Origin: Mobula hypostoma
Lineage: Eukaryota
Length of the DNA stretch: 64,000 bases
Reading direction: 5' to 3'
Assembly: GCF_963921235.1 (NCBI RefSeq)
Contig: NC_086097.1
Span: forward strand, 93,002,001-93,066,000
A model generated the notes under the pieces. It was not told the DNA's origin. It searched no databases and saw only the letters and a list, made by a program, of their open reading frames with translations. A program made the translations under genes and the position numbers. Shown piece by piece: positions 10,900-23,614 of this stretch (position 1 is the first letter of the stretch; every line of letters begins with the position of its first letter).

Positions 10900-12960
10900 G
10901 TTTTTTTTGGGGGGGGGGAACTAAGGGCCAAAACGTCACGTGACACTTTTATCGTGGTGATGTCACGTACAAGTGACCTGATTATGCGAGGTGCGTTTCA
11001 AAATGCCAAAACACGCGAAAGCCCCGCCGTGGCTTTTGTTACGTTTCTGCCCACTCTTCTGCTTACGTTTGCAGACGTTAACGTGAACAAATGTTTGCCC
11101 CGCGCAGCGAACAATGCACACTGGATAAAACAGGTGGAGACTGGTTCGCGCATTGACTGCATGTTCGGGTGGAAAGAGGGACAATCCGCTTTTTGGCCGT
11201 CTCCGGCAGTGGCGCAGTACAGCAAACAAACAGGCAAGGGGGTTAGGGATGACTCGTCTAGCAGCTGAATGAAAGTGATGCTCTGTAAACAATCGCAAAG
11301 ACTCTTCTAGGTAGAAGACTCTCAATTTTTATTGTGAAGTAACGCTGTGCGTTTCCGGAGCCTTTCTATTGCTAACATCACTTTGATTTTACTTTTGTTT
11401 TCATTTTATTTTTAATCTCTAGGTCCTTGGCCGATCCGATAAGGGACGTGTGGACGTGTGCGTGATTTGCAGAATGTTGCATTCCAGTTCGCGGCGGAGT
11501 CACGTTCCCGGAAGCGGAGCATGACATGTTTTTTTTGTCGATTGCCATTAAACTCCTCCAGCATCTGGAGTTAACGTCGTTGAAGGGGCGGGAGAGAAAG
11601 AATGCTCTCAAAATTGAACTGCGTAGTACGCCGCGTCTCAGTTGTTTGTAAACTTCGATTCAAGGTATAGTTTCCAATCAAAGTGATCTATTTTCAGCTG
11701 ATATCGTCCATCCTCTTTCTGGAAGGGCAAAATGCGAAAGAAGTTAAAAGTCTAATCGGCCTGTCTTATTTCGATTGCTGTACTCTCTTAAGTAGGAAGC
11801 TAATATTTATAAATGTTATCCGTGAACGATCGTTCAAATATTCCTCCCTAACTAAACAGAGAGGAAAAACCTGCCGATTTCAATTCCTTTGGAAACAGAT
11901 TGAGTATGTTGAAATCCGATTCTTTAATATGATCGATCATTGCAATTGGGAAGCGATCCGACCGATATAGTGCATGCTGTTTTGAGTTTACATTCATTAC
12001 AGGAAGAATGCTAAGCTTTTAACAGGGGGCGGGGGTGGTACGAAGGTTAGCTGTCTTTGCAGACCTTGGCCGAATCCCCCACGCATTCATCGTGGGGTGC
12101 ACTTTCTGCGCACACCCTGTCCTCTCCCGAGTGTCTCCGCCTCCTTCATTATTTATCCATTACCGCGGACCATATGGCAACCGTTACTTTTACTTTTGTT
12201 ATGCAAATTTAATTTTTCTTTTGCACACGTAATATTACCCACCAAAAAAAAACAACATGGCGTAGGGGAAGCCGGAGCTGGGCTGAAAAGTTGCTGCCTG
12301 TATTTTTTTTTGGGGGGGTGGCGAAGAAATAAAATTAACATATAGACATAATAGAGCGCTGCTTCGTGCTCTCGGTGGACGTGTCGGCCAGCAGCGCGAG
12401 AACCCCAAGTAAGTGTCAGGCTGTCAGTCAAACGACTTGGGGGCTGGTGGATGTCCGGGGATCTGGGCTCGGCGCGCGGTGCGCGGCGCGGACTGGACCT
12501 GCGAGGCTCTGCGCTTCTACCATTACATGCACTGGCCTTAAAAAAAACACTTTTAAGTAGGTACCATATCCGCCACTTAACGCGGATGCAATGCAAGGAG
12601 GGGAGTTAACCTCACCTACAAAGTTTCCGGTTATTTTAAAGGCGACAGGGGCAATTTTAAGAGGAAAAAAACGGGTGATGGAGAGAGAGAGAGAGAGTGA
12701 TTGACGGGCCGCGGCGCGCGCCGCGGCAGTTGGCTCCGGGCTCAGGCCGGCTGGGTATCCCGGGAGCCCCCGTGTTTACCTCAAGAGCGGCGGCCGCCAC
12801 CGCCGTTCCTTTTCGCAGGCCGGCAGGCGGACGCCTGGGGCTGGAGGCCGGCCCGCCGTCCGCTGTGGGAGTCCCAGCCCGGCACCGGAGGCCAGGGCTG
12901 CCGAAGGGCAGCGAAACCGTTCCCTTTCATCCGCGGCGGCCGTGACCCCCGCCATCTTCT
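10900..12960 (+). promoter_or_regulatory. BAHD1: CpG island / BAHD1 promoter region
   Basis: CpG density rises sharply relative to the flanks. Motifs: GTCACGTGAC E-box (10935-10944), ETS CCGGAAG (11508-11514), GC boxes (11585-11592, 12025-12035), octamer ATGCAAAT (12201-12208), YY1 motifs (AACATGGCG 12254-12262; CCGCCATCTT 12949-12958). It lies upstream of the BAHD1 coding exons. Confidence 0.8.
12245..12408 (+). other. BAHD1: Probable non-coding first exon of BAHD1 (5' boundary uncertain)
   Basis: Consensus donor CAA|GTAAGT at 12409-12414 inside the CpG island, downstream of a YY1 motif. No ATG in the exon-2 frame after the in-frame TGA at 12284-12286. Confidence 0.55.
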
Positions 12961-12964
12961 GAAA

Positions 12965-13830
12965 CCTGGGGTAGAAGGAAGTGATAGGCTGAGGAGGGAA
13001 GGGAGATGAGGTAAAATAGTGGGGAGAAAACTCGGTGGAATGGAGATGAGACAATGAGTGATAGTTGGGACTGGGAGGCAGGAAGGGGGATATTGAAAAA
13101 GCCAGAGAGAAATTAGGGAAGTGGCGCTCAGAAGGCAGGGAGGAGACGATGTGAATTGGGAAGGAGTTATAGAAAGAATTAAGACAATAATGGAGGAGAA
13201 GGTAGTGTGCAAAAGGTTGCATTGACTTTAAAGAAGCAGAAGAGGGATGAATTGTGAGCTGGAATTGCAGGTTACGAAAAAGAAATAGACGGGTAGCATA
13301 GTGAAGAAGAGAACAAGAAATTCATGAGCAACTTGAGGGAATTTCTGGAGAAAAGAGGGTGTGAGTGCATGAGAGAATGAGGGAAAGAAGTCATCCAGTA
13401 TAATGGAAATTGTACTCAATGCATTATACAGCAGAGAAAACCAAAGTGTTGTAAAGGGATTGAAAAGGAAGAAGGGAATATGAGTAAAAAGGTGAGGGTG
13501 AATTGAGGGGAGAATATGTTGAATATGACATAGAAGAGGGGATGGAATACTATCAGAGAAAGGGGGAAGTGAATGAAGCTGAAAAGGAAAAGTGGAATTT
13601 GAAAAGTAATCAAGAGATGATGGGAGGATGGAGTAAAGGAAAGGGTTAAGAGAAGAAAATGAGTGATTCGGGAGTTGGAGGAAGAAAGTTGAAACCATTG
13701 AGAAGGGCAAGAGATTAATTGCTTGAGTTAGTAAATATAGGAGAGCTACAGTCGGGAAGATGGAATGAGAAGTGGAGTAGAGCAAGCTGGGAGAGATGAT
13801 ACAAAGTGTAAAGGGATTAGGGAATTAAAA
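12965..13830 (+). repeat. Purine-rich (G/A) low-complexity tract
   Basis: About 850 bp strongly depleted of C on the + strand. It produces spurious F/S/L/P-rich minus-strand ORFs. Confidence 0.8.
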
Positions 13831-14277
13831 AATAGCAATAGGCTCAGAATAATTTTAAAATATCTGGAATATGAAAGGTGCCAATTGGGGGGGGAAAAAA
13901 GTCCAATCTAGCCTAATTCTATCTTGAAGCATTGCCCAATCTGTCACAACTCCTCATTGCACATCCAAGTACTTTTTAAATAAATGTAAAGAGGTCTCTG
14001 CCATCTCCTCTGTATGCAGTAAGTCCCAGACTCTTACTGCTCTCTCGGTAGAGATTTACAAAAATCCTCTATTTAAGCCACTTATAACTTTATATTCCTT
14101 ATTGAAGTGTTCACTAAATTGCCACTTTTCTAAAGAGAACAATTATGGTTTATCCAGTCTATCCTCGTAGCTACAATTGTCCAGTCCTAGCAATCTCTTT
14201 GAACATTCTCCAGCACAATTACATCTTCCTAATAATGAGATGAATTCTTTGCAGTGCTTGCTGTAACCTAATAATTC

Positions 14278-14832
14278 TAGAAACATAGAAACCCCACAGC
14301 ACAATACAGGCCCTTCAGCCCAGAATGCTGTGCTGAACATGTACTTACTTTAGAAATTACCTTGGGTTACCCATAGCCCTCTATTTTTCTAAGCTCCTTG
14401 TGCCTGTCCAAGAGTCTCTTAAAAGACCCTATTGTATCCGTCTCCAACCACCGTGGCCGGTAGCCCATTCAACATACCACTCTCTGTGGGGGGGGGGGGG
14501 AAAACAACTTACCCCTGACATCTCTTCTGTACCTTAAAACTCCGTCCTCTCGTGTTAGTCATTTCAGCCCTGGCAAAAAGCCTCTGACTATCCACACGAT
14601 CACTGCCTCTCATCATCTTATACACCTCTATCAGGTCACCTCTCATCCTGTGTCGCTCCAAGGAAAAAAGGCTGAGTTCACTGAACCTATTCTCATAAGG
14701 CATGCTCGCCAATCCAGGCAACATCCTTGTAAATCTCCTCTGCACCCTTTCTGTGGTTTCCACATCCTTCCTGTAGTGAGGCGATCAGATCTGAGCGCAG
14801 TTCTCCAAGTGGGGTCTGACCAGGGTCCTATA
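14278..14832 (-). mobile_element. CR1 LINE 3' fragment
   Basis: ORF 14509-14763 ERVQRRFTRMLPGL..FSLER.RMRGDLIEVYKMMRG, with a TAGAAACATAGAAA tail at 14278. Confidence 0.9.
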
Positions 14833-17024
14833 TGATTTTAGTCTTCTTCTGGTCAGCTAATGTAGCATTTCTGTAACCACCTTCTTGACTTGTGTAACTT
14901 TTTTTAATATGCCATACACTCAACCTGGTATCCAACCATTTATTGTTGAATGCCTTGCCTTCCTTCTGTGGATTAAATTCTATTTTCCGTCTTTCTGCCA
15001 ACTGACCAAATCATCTATATCTTTCATATTCACGGTCAAACACACAGCTAATTGTTAATCGTTTTCTGGTATGTGGGCTTTACTGGCAGAGAGCAGTTTT
15101 GCCTGCTTGCTTCCAAACAGGTTTGCTGGACCATTTCTATGGGTCCGGAGTGACACAGAAGCAATGTAAAGATGGCTGACTGATTTCAGTTTATTAACCA
15201 AATCCACAGCTTCTGGGATGTGATTTGAGCTCTGGTCTGTGGATCGATAGACCACCCTCCCCCCTGCCCCGGTAACTTAATCACTGCCGCCCCCATACTT
15301 GTTCAAATCATCTGCAAGCTCCTTCCTCAAAAGAACTGGTACAAAGAAAACAGAAAATTATAATAGAGTGGAATAGAAAGGGGAAAGGGAAATATAAGAT
15401 CTAGTGAGATGGAAGGTAGAGGAAGAAATGGAGTGGGCAGAAATAAACCAATTTGGGACAAGGGTTGCAGAAAAGGGTAAATGAGAGGAGCTAAGATGTG
15501 CGTGGGCCATTGATGGGAAGATGATCATATGATTGTTTATTTGGTCAAAGACTTAAGTTGGGAAGTTCCTTTTTTAATCCTCTAATTCTAAAGTTGCTTC
15601 AACGTGGATTAAATGGAGCAGTACAGTAAATTGAGGGAGGAGTATTTAGTTCTAGGAAAAGATATTACAGTGGTAAAGAAGGTGGTTCCATGAAGACAGG
15701 AATATAAGGAACAAAAATAATGTTGGAAGGACCTGAAGTATACAATTATTTACCTGACATTTGATGAAACTGCAAGATTGTTGGGTGGAAATCAGAAGGG
15801 GATTGGAGAAAAGCATTTTTCTTTCTCCATGTTTCTTGTAATTGAAAGCTAAGAGAGTTAATACTATTTGAGGTGCTGAAACCAGGTCTAGCAGTGGCAA
15901 ATCAAAGTGATAGCCTGATACATATATTTATTGTTGCGATTATTGGCTTTGAGAAGATATAGGTTTGTAATGTACAGGCAGGAATGTTGATTAATAAACT
16001 CTCACTTAATGTGGGTGGGAACATTAAAAAAGTAAGTTGGGGTTGTTAGAGCCATGCTATAACCAAAGGATTTAAATGAGGAGCATGTTTATGCAAATAA
16101 ATTTTTTTTCCATGTTTTGAGTGATTTTAAATTTAAAACAGTGCAGAAGATGAATTTTAAATACATTTGGAGAGGGAACAAATTCTTCAGAGTTTAAAAA
16201 AAATCAGTTGTGTGTAGAAGAGTGACTATCTACTAAACAGAATTTGAATGGAATTTGTGGATGTTTAACAATCTGGCAAAGTTGTAAATTTTGGAGGGAC
16301 AGATATTTTTGAAGTCCAGAATATTAAAGGTAATGTTATGGAAGACTAGCAGCCGGGGTATTCAGCAGAACAATATAGGAAGCCTGTGGATAGCAGAGAA
16401 ATTAAAATTGTGATGGAGAGGCACAAAAGTGAAAAGTGTACCATTTTGTTCTCTGGGCCTATTTTGCCATTCATTTGTGCATTGAATCTTCCTTCTATTT
16501 ATTTGTTTTGGTGTTGCAAACCTTACTACACATACTTAGGAAAAGAAAAGTCTACAATTTCAATTTTGAAAATTCCATTTAATGTGAATTAGTGGAGTGC
16601 AAGGTGAAAGGCATCTTCTGGAATTGAGGGGAAAATATGAGTGAAGGAATGGTGTTCACTGCAAATTGTGAAGGCTTTTTAAAAAGTGAGCATATTTCTT
16701 GCATTATAGAACAGGTATAGACGAGTAACAGGGAGGACTTCAGTAAAAATGATAAAGGAAGCAGGTGAATAGCTGAGAATGTTTTAAGCAGGAGGAATAA
16801 TGACTACATGTGATAGTTTAAAAGGCATTCAAGGTGCCCAAGAGGTTGAAAGGAGAAACATATTTAATGGAGTTCCATATGGAACTTCAATTTAAAATTA
16901 TTTTGGAAAGAAATGCAACTAAAATTTATTTGTAATTTATCAAAAAGTTTGGGGTGGGGAAGAAGGAAGATGTGCCTTTCTGCAAAGGGGTGGCAGAATC
17001 TAATTTGTAGCTTTCTAGTGTTGG

Positions 17025-17228
17025 TAGTGTTGCAGTTAGAGCATCACATTACAGTGCCAGTGACCTGGATTCGATTTGCATACGTTATCTGTAAGGAGTT
17101 TGTATGTTCTTCCCGTGACCATGTGAGTTTCCCAAGACATACGGGTCAGTAGATTAATTGGTCACACAGGTGTAATGGAGTGGCATTGGTTTGATGAACC
17201 AGAAGGGCCTGTTACTGTGCTGTATCTT
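17025..17228 (+). mobile_element. tRNA-derived SINE
   Basis: A-box-like GTAGTGTTGCAGTTAG, B-box-like GGATTCGATT, core CTGTAAGGAGTTTGTATGTTCTTCCCGTGACC, and a CR1-like tail GAAGGGCCTGTTACTGTGCTGTA. Confidence 0.75.
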
Positions 17229-20200
17229 CTAAGTAATATCATGTAAACTGTCCACTGCTTTTTAATCATTTGCTCAGCTGGACATTGTGTGAATACAGCT
17301 CCAGTTTGAGCTGAAATTGTATAATGAACAAGTCAGTTTTAACATAACAGGAAGTTGAGAATTTGTTTTTTCTAGAAGTGGTGTTAACCTGTTCTCTACT
17401 TCCATACTTGCTGCTAGAAATCGTGAGGTTAAACCACTTTGTGTGTATTTGGTGGCCTGGAACTGGCTTCTCAAATCTCAGGTAATTAACATGGATGGAA
17501 TCATGAATAAGGGCAGTGATTTAACCAGCATCTTTTAGAAAAGTGTGGGATCTGTAGCCTGAATCAGAAGAGAGCTGCTGCAGGATGTTTGATTTGCTTG
17601 AAGTGGTTTCTTATTCGGTACCAATGAGAGGATGACATTTTAAAGTAGAAGTAGTCTGGTGTACCATGTGTTGAGGGAGATTGTGTGAATCTGGGTTGGT
17701 TTTAGTGAGTTCCTGATGTTAAAATGCTTTCCTAAAAAAGTGGGGTAAGCACGTTAATGCTCAGTGATGTGCAGCTCATCTAATATTTTAACTCTCCCAT
17801 GATCAAAGAAGTAAGGTTCATAGTTCACAAGATTTTAGGGTCGGTATGTATTGTGTAATCACTTGTGAATTACACTTTATGAATTGTGTAAGATCATCCT
17901 TTTAATGTTTTTTCTTGCCTTAGATGCATGACCCATCACTTTAAGTGTTGATTCATCTTTGGGGGTTTTTACTAGTTTAATTTCATGTTGTCATCCTAGT
18001 GATAAAGAATGTTAGTTTGATTTGATCTTTCCTTGGAAGGGTGGGCCCAGAGTTGTGATTAATGACAAAAAATATATATACTGTAGTAAACCTTCAAAGG
18101 ATCTGAAGTGTTGACTGTTTTTCTTCCCTCAGATGCAGCCTGTCACGCTACAAATTTCCAGCATTTTCTGTCTAGTTTCGATTTACCGCACCTGCAATTT
18201 TTATTTACACTTTTAATTCACATTTAGGTGATCAGGATTTCCAAATAACTAGCAGGTTATCGGAGGTTTATTATAAGTGACCTTGTTCCTAAGCCAGTAG
18301 CATATCAGGCCAATTGTGAGGCTTCACATATTTCTGCTTCCTCTTAACACATGCTGGATGAGAAGGAAAAGTAAAAGAAGATTGTAGACCATCTATAAAC
18401 GTTCCACTGCCCTTGTGTAATCTGTGACAATTTGTAAAATTTATTGATCGGGACAAGACAATAATTGTAAGTGTTAAAGGTCAGTAATCAAGTTATCAGT
18501 TGAAATTTTGGAAGTTGATAAGGCAGAATAAATTTGAAATGGACTGCTGCCACTTAGCATTGTGTGAGGTTAGAATTAGGCACTGACTTCAGTTTAACTT
18601 GAATATTTGGCAGTAGATATTTTTACTGTGCACCTGAGATAAACTGTACTGTGAGGATTGTAGTGAATGTCTTGTTGCTATTTGCTCCAAGTTTGCTGGA
18701 TTTCCATAACCATTGTCAGGCACTGTATTTGTTTGCATTATACCCTTCTGTAGAATCTGCAGGATGTTTGTAGAATAGACAAAATGAATAATTTTCCCCA
18801 AGTGTAAAACATATCCTGAAGCCTATATAATCAGTTATAATCAATTAAAATCATTTGCAAAAGATACTGAAATCAGAATGTTCCTACAACAACTTCAACA
18901 TGATTGCCTAGGGGCAAATGCTTAATGTTGTCTATCAGTCTGTTCTGTAATACTTGGTGCTATTTTACAATGAATAAATGTTTTTACATGCTACTGGTAC
19001 AGAACAAAATAGAGATGATTAAAAGGAGACATCAGTTTTGAAGATGTCATCCACATGCTGATGATGTGACCAACATAATCATGGAATTCATTTAGAAATG
19101 ATGATGTGCTTGTTGAAAAATCAGTGGAAGGTACAACAAATAACAATCTGTTCCGTTAGTGTGTGGAAGTTACAACCTAGAATCAGTCTGGTTTTGTTGT
19201 CATCCTCTAGGACAATGTTTGTAATTGCAGATCCCCTTTCTTCTTTTGTTTAATTACCTCCATTTCTGTTGGTCACATATAAATTATAAATACCAGTTTC
19301 ATTTCAACTTTGATCACTAATTCTGGTTGTGTGAAGCCACAAAATTTCACGGTTAAACAAATGTGTTTCTCTTGTGATTAAACAAGAGAAAATTTTAAAA
19401 GAACTGTTTGTTTTTGTAGTGGGAAATTGAGGAGACGACAAAGGTATCTGAAAATAACATGCATGTGGGGAAAAAGTAATGAAGGATTATGCTCAATAAA
19501 CATACAAAAGGTCTTCTGTTACTCCACTGTTTTTTGTTTGCAAATTGTGATATCCAGATAAGCAACTAAACTACTGTAGTTCGGGTGTCCATAAGAATGA
19601 GACTTGCTGTAGTGAGTAATAGGTCCCGATAAAACATTTCTCCTTCAGCAAGATCACCAAAAGTAGACTAATGACTCTTTCACTTGTTTTGTGCTGTGCT
19701 GTCTTGCCCACATAATAATGGATGTTCTTGGAACATAATCAATGGGATACTTAGTGCTTTTGGAATATCCTGAGGATGTGATTAGGAGCTTGCAAATGTA
19801 AGTTTAATTTTATGGCCTAACATTGTTCTTTGCACCTTTTCTGATACAAAGTAAGATGAGGCAGGTTCCAAGTTTTGTCCCTCAGCCAATTTCTGCCACC
19901 CTGATGCTAAAATTTATTTTGTCCCATCATCATAGAGATGACAGAAGAACAAAATCAGTTGGTTGAATCCAGTGACACCTTTTTGGATGAAGTTATTGAA
20001 GTTTTGTCAAAGACTTCTGTCCAACTTACTTTCACTCAACTGTCTCTCAGTCTTTTGCTTCAGCTGTGAGCTGAATTGGCTTTCGTGAACACAAGGTGAT
20101 GCTGCATGTAAATCAGTTGAATAATCTGTTGGTGGCAGTTGTTTTTGTCTAAAAACATTGAATTGAATAATAACACTGCAAGGTGTTTTTTCTTGGCTGA

Positions 20201-22046
20201 ATTCAAATTAAAGGTTTGTAAATTGAGAGGGGTATATTATATTACTGAGTTTCAGGACAAAAACCATTTAAATAAGATAGAGAGTTGTTGGCATCAGTGG
20301 TGTGTACACTAGAATGGTTCACACCTTCAAGACAGGAGAGAGTAACCTGTTGAGCTGAGTTCAGAGATTTAAGTATATTCTCAGATTCCAGCTGATTAAT
20401 TATTTATACCTTATAAAGATATGTACTGTAGTGGTGTGTTGCTATGCATGGCATTATCTCTGCTAACTTAATTAATACAGCATTATCCCATTTCACTTAT
20501 CTTAGCTGACCGCTTATTTTTGTACTGAGAATTTATTGTGCTTTTACTTTGATTAAAGTTTGAGCATGTTTTTAAGGATGATTTGCAGCCTGATTCATAT
20601 TGTGTGGATTTGATGTCAGGTGAAATAGAGATTTACAAAGTTAATATGATGAATTATTCTTGAAGTGGTTGTCTATCTGGAGTTTCACTGTTATGCAGCA
20701 CCATGCTATTGAGTGCATAGGTGCTGGGTGATGCATTACAGATTATGTTCTAAAGTACAAATGTGTATGAGAGAGATGCTGAAAGTTTGATTTTTTTTTA
20801 AAAAAAAAGGTCTTCACACGTTCTGTTTTTAGTTATTGTTGTAACTTTCTGGTGACCTTTATGATAATTGTTAGCTGTGAGTTTTGCAATTCATGTCATC
20901 TGGAGTTTATTTAGAGGCTGCTCATGGTGCTGAAATAATACATTCCAGTTTATGTTATGGTTTGTGTTCAGTAAACACTTGATAGGTGTGTTGATTGCCA
21001 TCCAAAGTTGACCTTTTTTCCCCTGACTAACTTTCTCCTGGCTAAGACAGAAAATATGTCAGATTCTGTTGCATCTATCTCAACCTTAAAACCGTTTACA
21101 ATCAATGAAGTATTTCAAAGTGTATCCACTGTTTGGGATAATGGTATTCTACTTCACTGCCAATCTTCTGTATGAGGCAAGAGTGCTACCTTTTGGGGTT
21201 TTCGAATGGCCAGACTGAGACGAGGCTGAAGTAAGTGATGTAAATTGCCTAGTAAGCAATTCTTACAGAATTTGCCCTGTTCTTTGAGACGTTCATAAAT
21301 TATAGTCATTTTCTTTAAAACAATCTTTGTTTCCTTAAAAGAAACATGTAGGTATATATGTGGAGCCATAGTTTAAAAACTACGTTGTATTAGGATAACT
21401 AGAATTCCTGTGCAACCAATATTTGACGGATGAGCTCTGAGGTTGGTCTGTGTAAAACTCTCTGTAGACTTGTAGCCAGTTAGTTTCTTTCTTAGTTTGA
21501 GTAATGATCAAATTGGCATGATTGATGTAATGTTGCTTTGGTGTGGACTGAGAGTTTAAATCACGGGGTTTAAATTTTTCTTTTATTTTAGATACTGACC
21601 TTGCAGGTGAGTGCATAAAGGAGAAAGTTGCAGTTTTCTGGTACAAAGCTGATTTTTTTCCTTAGCTGAGTACATGTTTGCTTTCCCTTCAATGCTATGG
21701 CCATCCCCAGCTGGCAAGGACAGAAGAGAAACCCATTCCTCAGGGTTTCATCCGTCAGTACTGAATTGTAATTGATTTCTAGGCATTATCTTAGCTGTGA
21801 TGGGAGTGAGGGAGGATCTGGCAGAACATGAAATCACCTCCAGTAGCATCATTATGATCAAGAACTTGACTGAGGTACCATAATTATATACCTGATGCTT
21901 GGTTTTCAGGCATACATGTGGGTTTGCTACTTTATTTCCATTTTTGATTGCCATTTCACAGAGCAACTTACTGTGACATTTCAGATCGTAGCTAAGAGAT
22001 GTTGTCCTCAAGTTGTATATGTGCCATACTGGATGAAAGTGATATA

Positions 22047-22506
22047 CAGAACTGTGCAAAAATCTTAAGAGAGTGTGTGTGTGTGTATGCAGAGAGCAAG
22101 CTTGTAAATCTGGCGGGAGCTAAGCATGTTGGGAATGGTGAAGGTGAAGAACCAGGGGAGGGGTGGGACAGGTGGCAGAGAAGGAGTGCCAGGGCAAGGG
22201 GTGGTGTGGGTGCAGACATACCCAGTTCTGAGACGCCAGGCAAGGGCATTTGATTCCAAACAATTGGTTTGGAATTACAGAATGTCTCTCTGGTCCTTCT
22301 CACTCCCTTCCCTCCCCTCTCCCCCTTTTCCCAGCTATGATTCCCCTCTCCCTGCCCCCTTCCCACTGTTAGTCCACAACAGAGACCCATATCAGAATCA
22401 GGTTTATCGTCACTCACATGCCATGAATTTTGTTTTACAGCAGTAGTACAGTGCAATACATAAAATATATTTGTGTGTATATGCATAAGACTTTTGCACA
22501 GTCTTG
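22047..22506. mobile_element. Non-autonomous Tc1/mariner-type MITE (family copy 1)
   Basis: TA-flanked (22045-46, 22507-08). TIRs CAGAACTGTGCAAAAATCTTA / TAAGACTTTTGCACAGTCTTG. The internal sequence is shared with 45201-45695 and 50037-50609. Confidence 0.8.
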
Positions 22507-23614
22507 TAGTTACTTCTTTAAGGAAAGACATCAGTGGATCAAATGGGATTTTTTGACAGTCCAATAATTTTATTGTCACTATTGCCACAACAGATTTCAA
22601 AAAGTACCAGGATTTGTTGTCGAGGAGCCTCGACATACAGTTCTGTGAATATGGTTTAGAAAGTGGGATTAGACTGGATGGCATTTCACAAATCTGTGTC
22701 GTCAACTTCCTCTGATTCTCTTGCTAATACTGAGTACTAGATTCAGTAGAGGCTGTGGGACCAGCAGCATCTCAACTGCTGTCTGAAGATCTGTGCCCTA
22801 CAACTTAACTGTTCGGACATACTTAAACACTGACACCAACCTGTCCACAAAGGATGCACAAATCCAATCCATCTTATTACTACTTACTTGATTTACTCTC
22901 ATTTGTCAGCAAACTGGTAGCACTGTCAATGATGCTCTCTTCATTTGGGCACGTCTCCCCATTAAGTGGCTCAGTTGGGTTTTACCAGAAATACTCAGTT
23001 CCAGATCCCATCAAACCCTTGGTCCAAAGGAGATTTCCTGAAGGTAGGTGACTGTGCCTACTCTGAACATCAAGGCAGCATTTGTCAGAGTAGCATTAAT
23101 GTGCCCTGGTCAAACTGAAATCATTGGGCATCAAAAAAAAATATGCTCCCTCTTACAGAAGGTGGTTAGAGTTGGAGGTCACTTAATCCACTTTCAAGAC
23201 ATGATTGTAGGGCTGCTCAGGACAGTGTTCTAAATCCATATAAATCTAGAGCTACTTCATCAGTAACTTTTCTTCCATCACTGAATCTAAAGTAAGGATA
23301 TTCAGTGATTTGCACAATGATCAAGTTGTTAACCCATACTGCAATGTTTTAACATTCCAGTAGGGTTGATAAATGTCAGTAAGCATTTCTGTTATATGAT
23401 CATCCCTACATAGGAGAGTTTAACCTCTATCCTTGATGTTGAACAGCATTAATATCCTGGGGTGGTTGCCATGATCTCGAAGCCCAATGGGACCAATGGC
23501 AAATTCAGTGACCATAAGGACAAGTCAGAGACTGTGTATCATGACTGAGTGACTTAACTCCTGACATCCTATGAGCATCCCACAATTTACAAGACACGTC
23601 AGGGTATAAATAGA

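Noticed and set aside
10711..13785. Cluster of 80-185-aa ORFs over the promoter and purine tract
   Set aside because: Expected from CpG-island and low-complexity composition. No protein family recognised.
17924..17951. Acceptor followed by ATG ACC CAT (MTH, like the human BAHD1 start)
   Set aside because: The frame closes after 7 codons (MTHHFKC*) and there is no adjacent donor, so this is likely coincidence.
21992..22705. 237-aa minus-strand ORF
   Set aside because: It runs through the non-coding MITE. The other copies give similar but broken translations.
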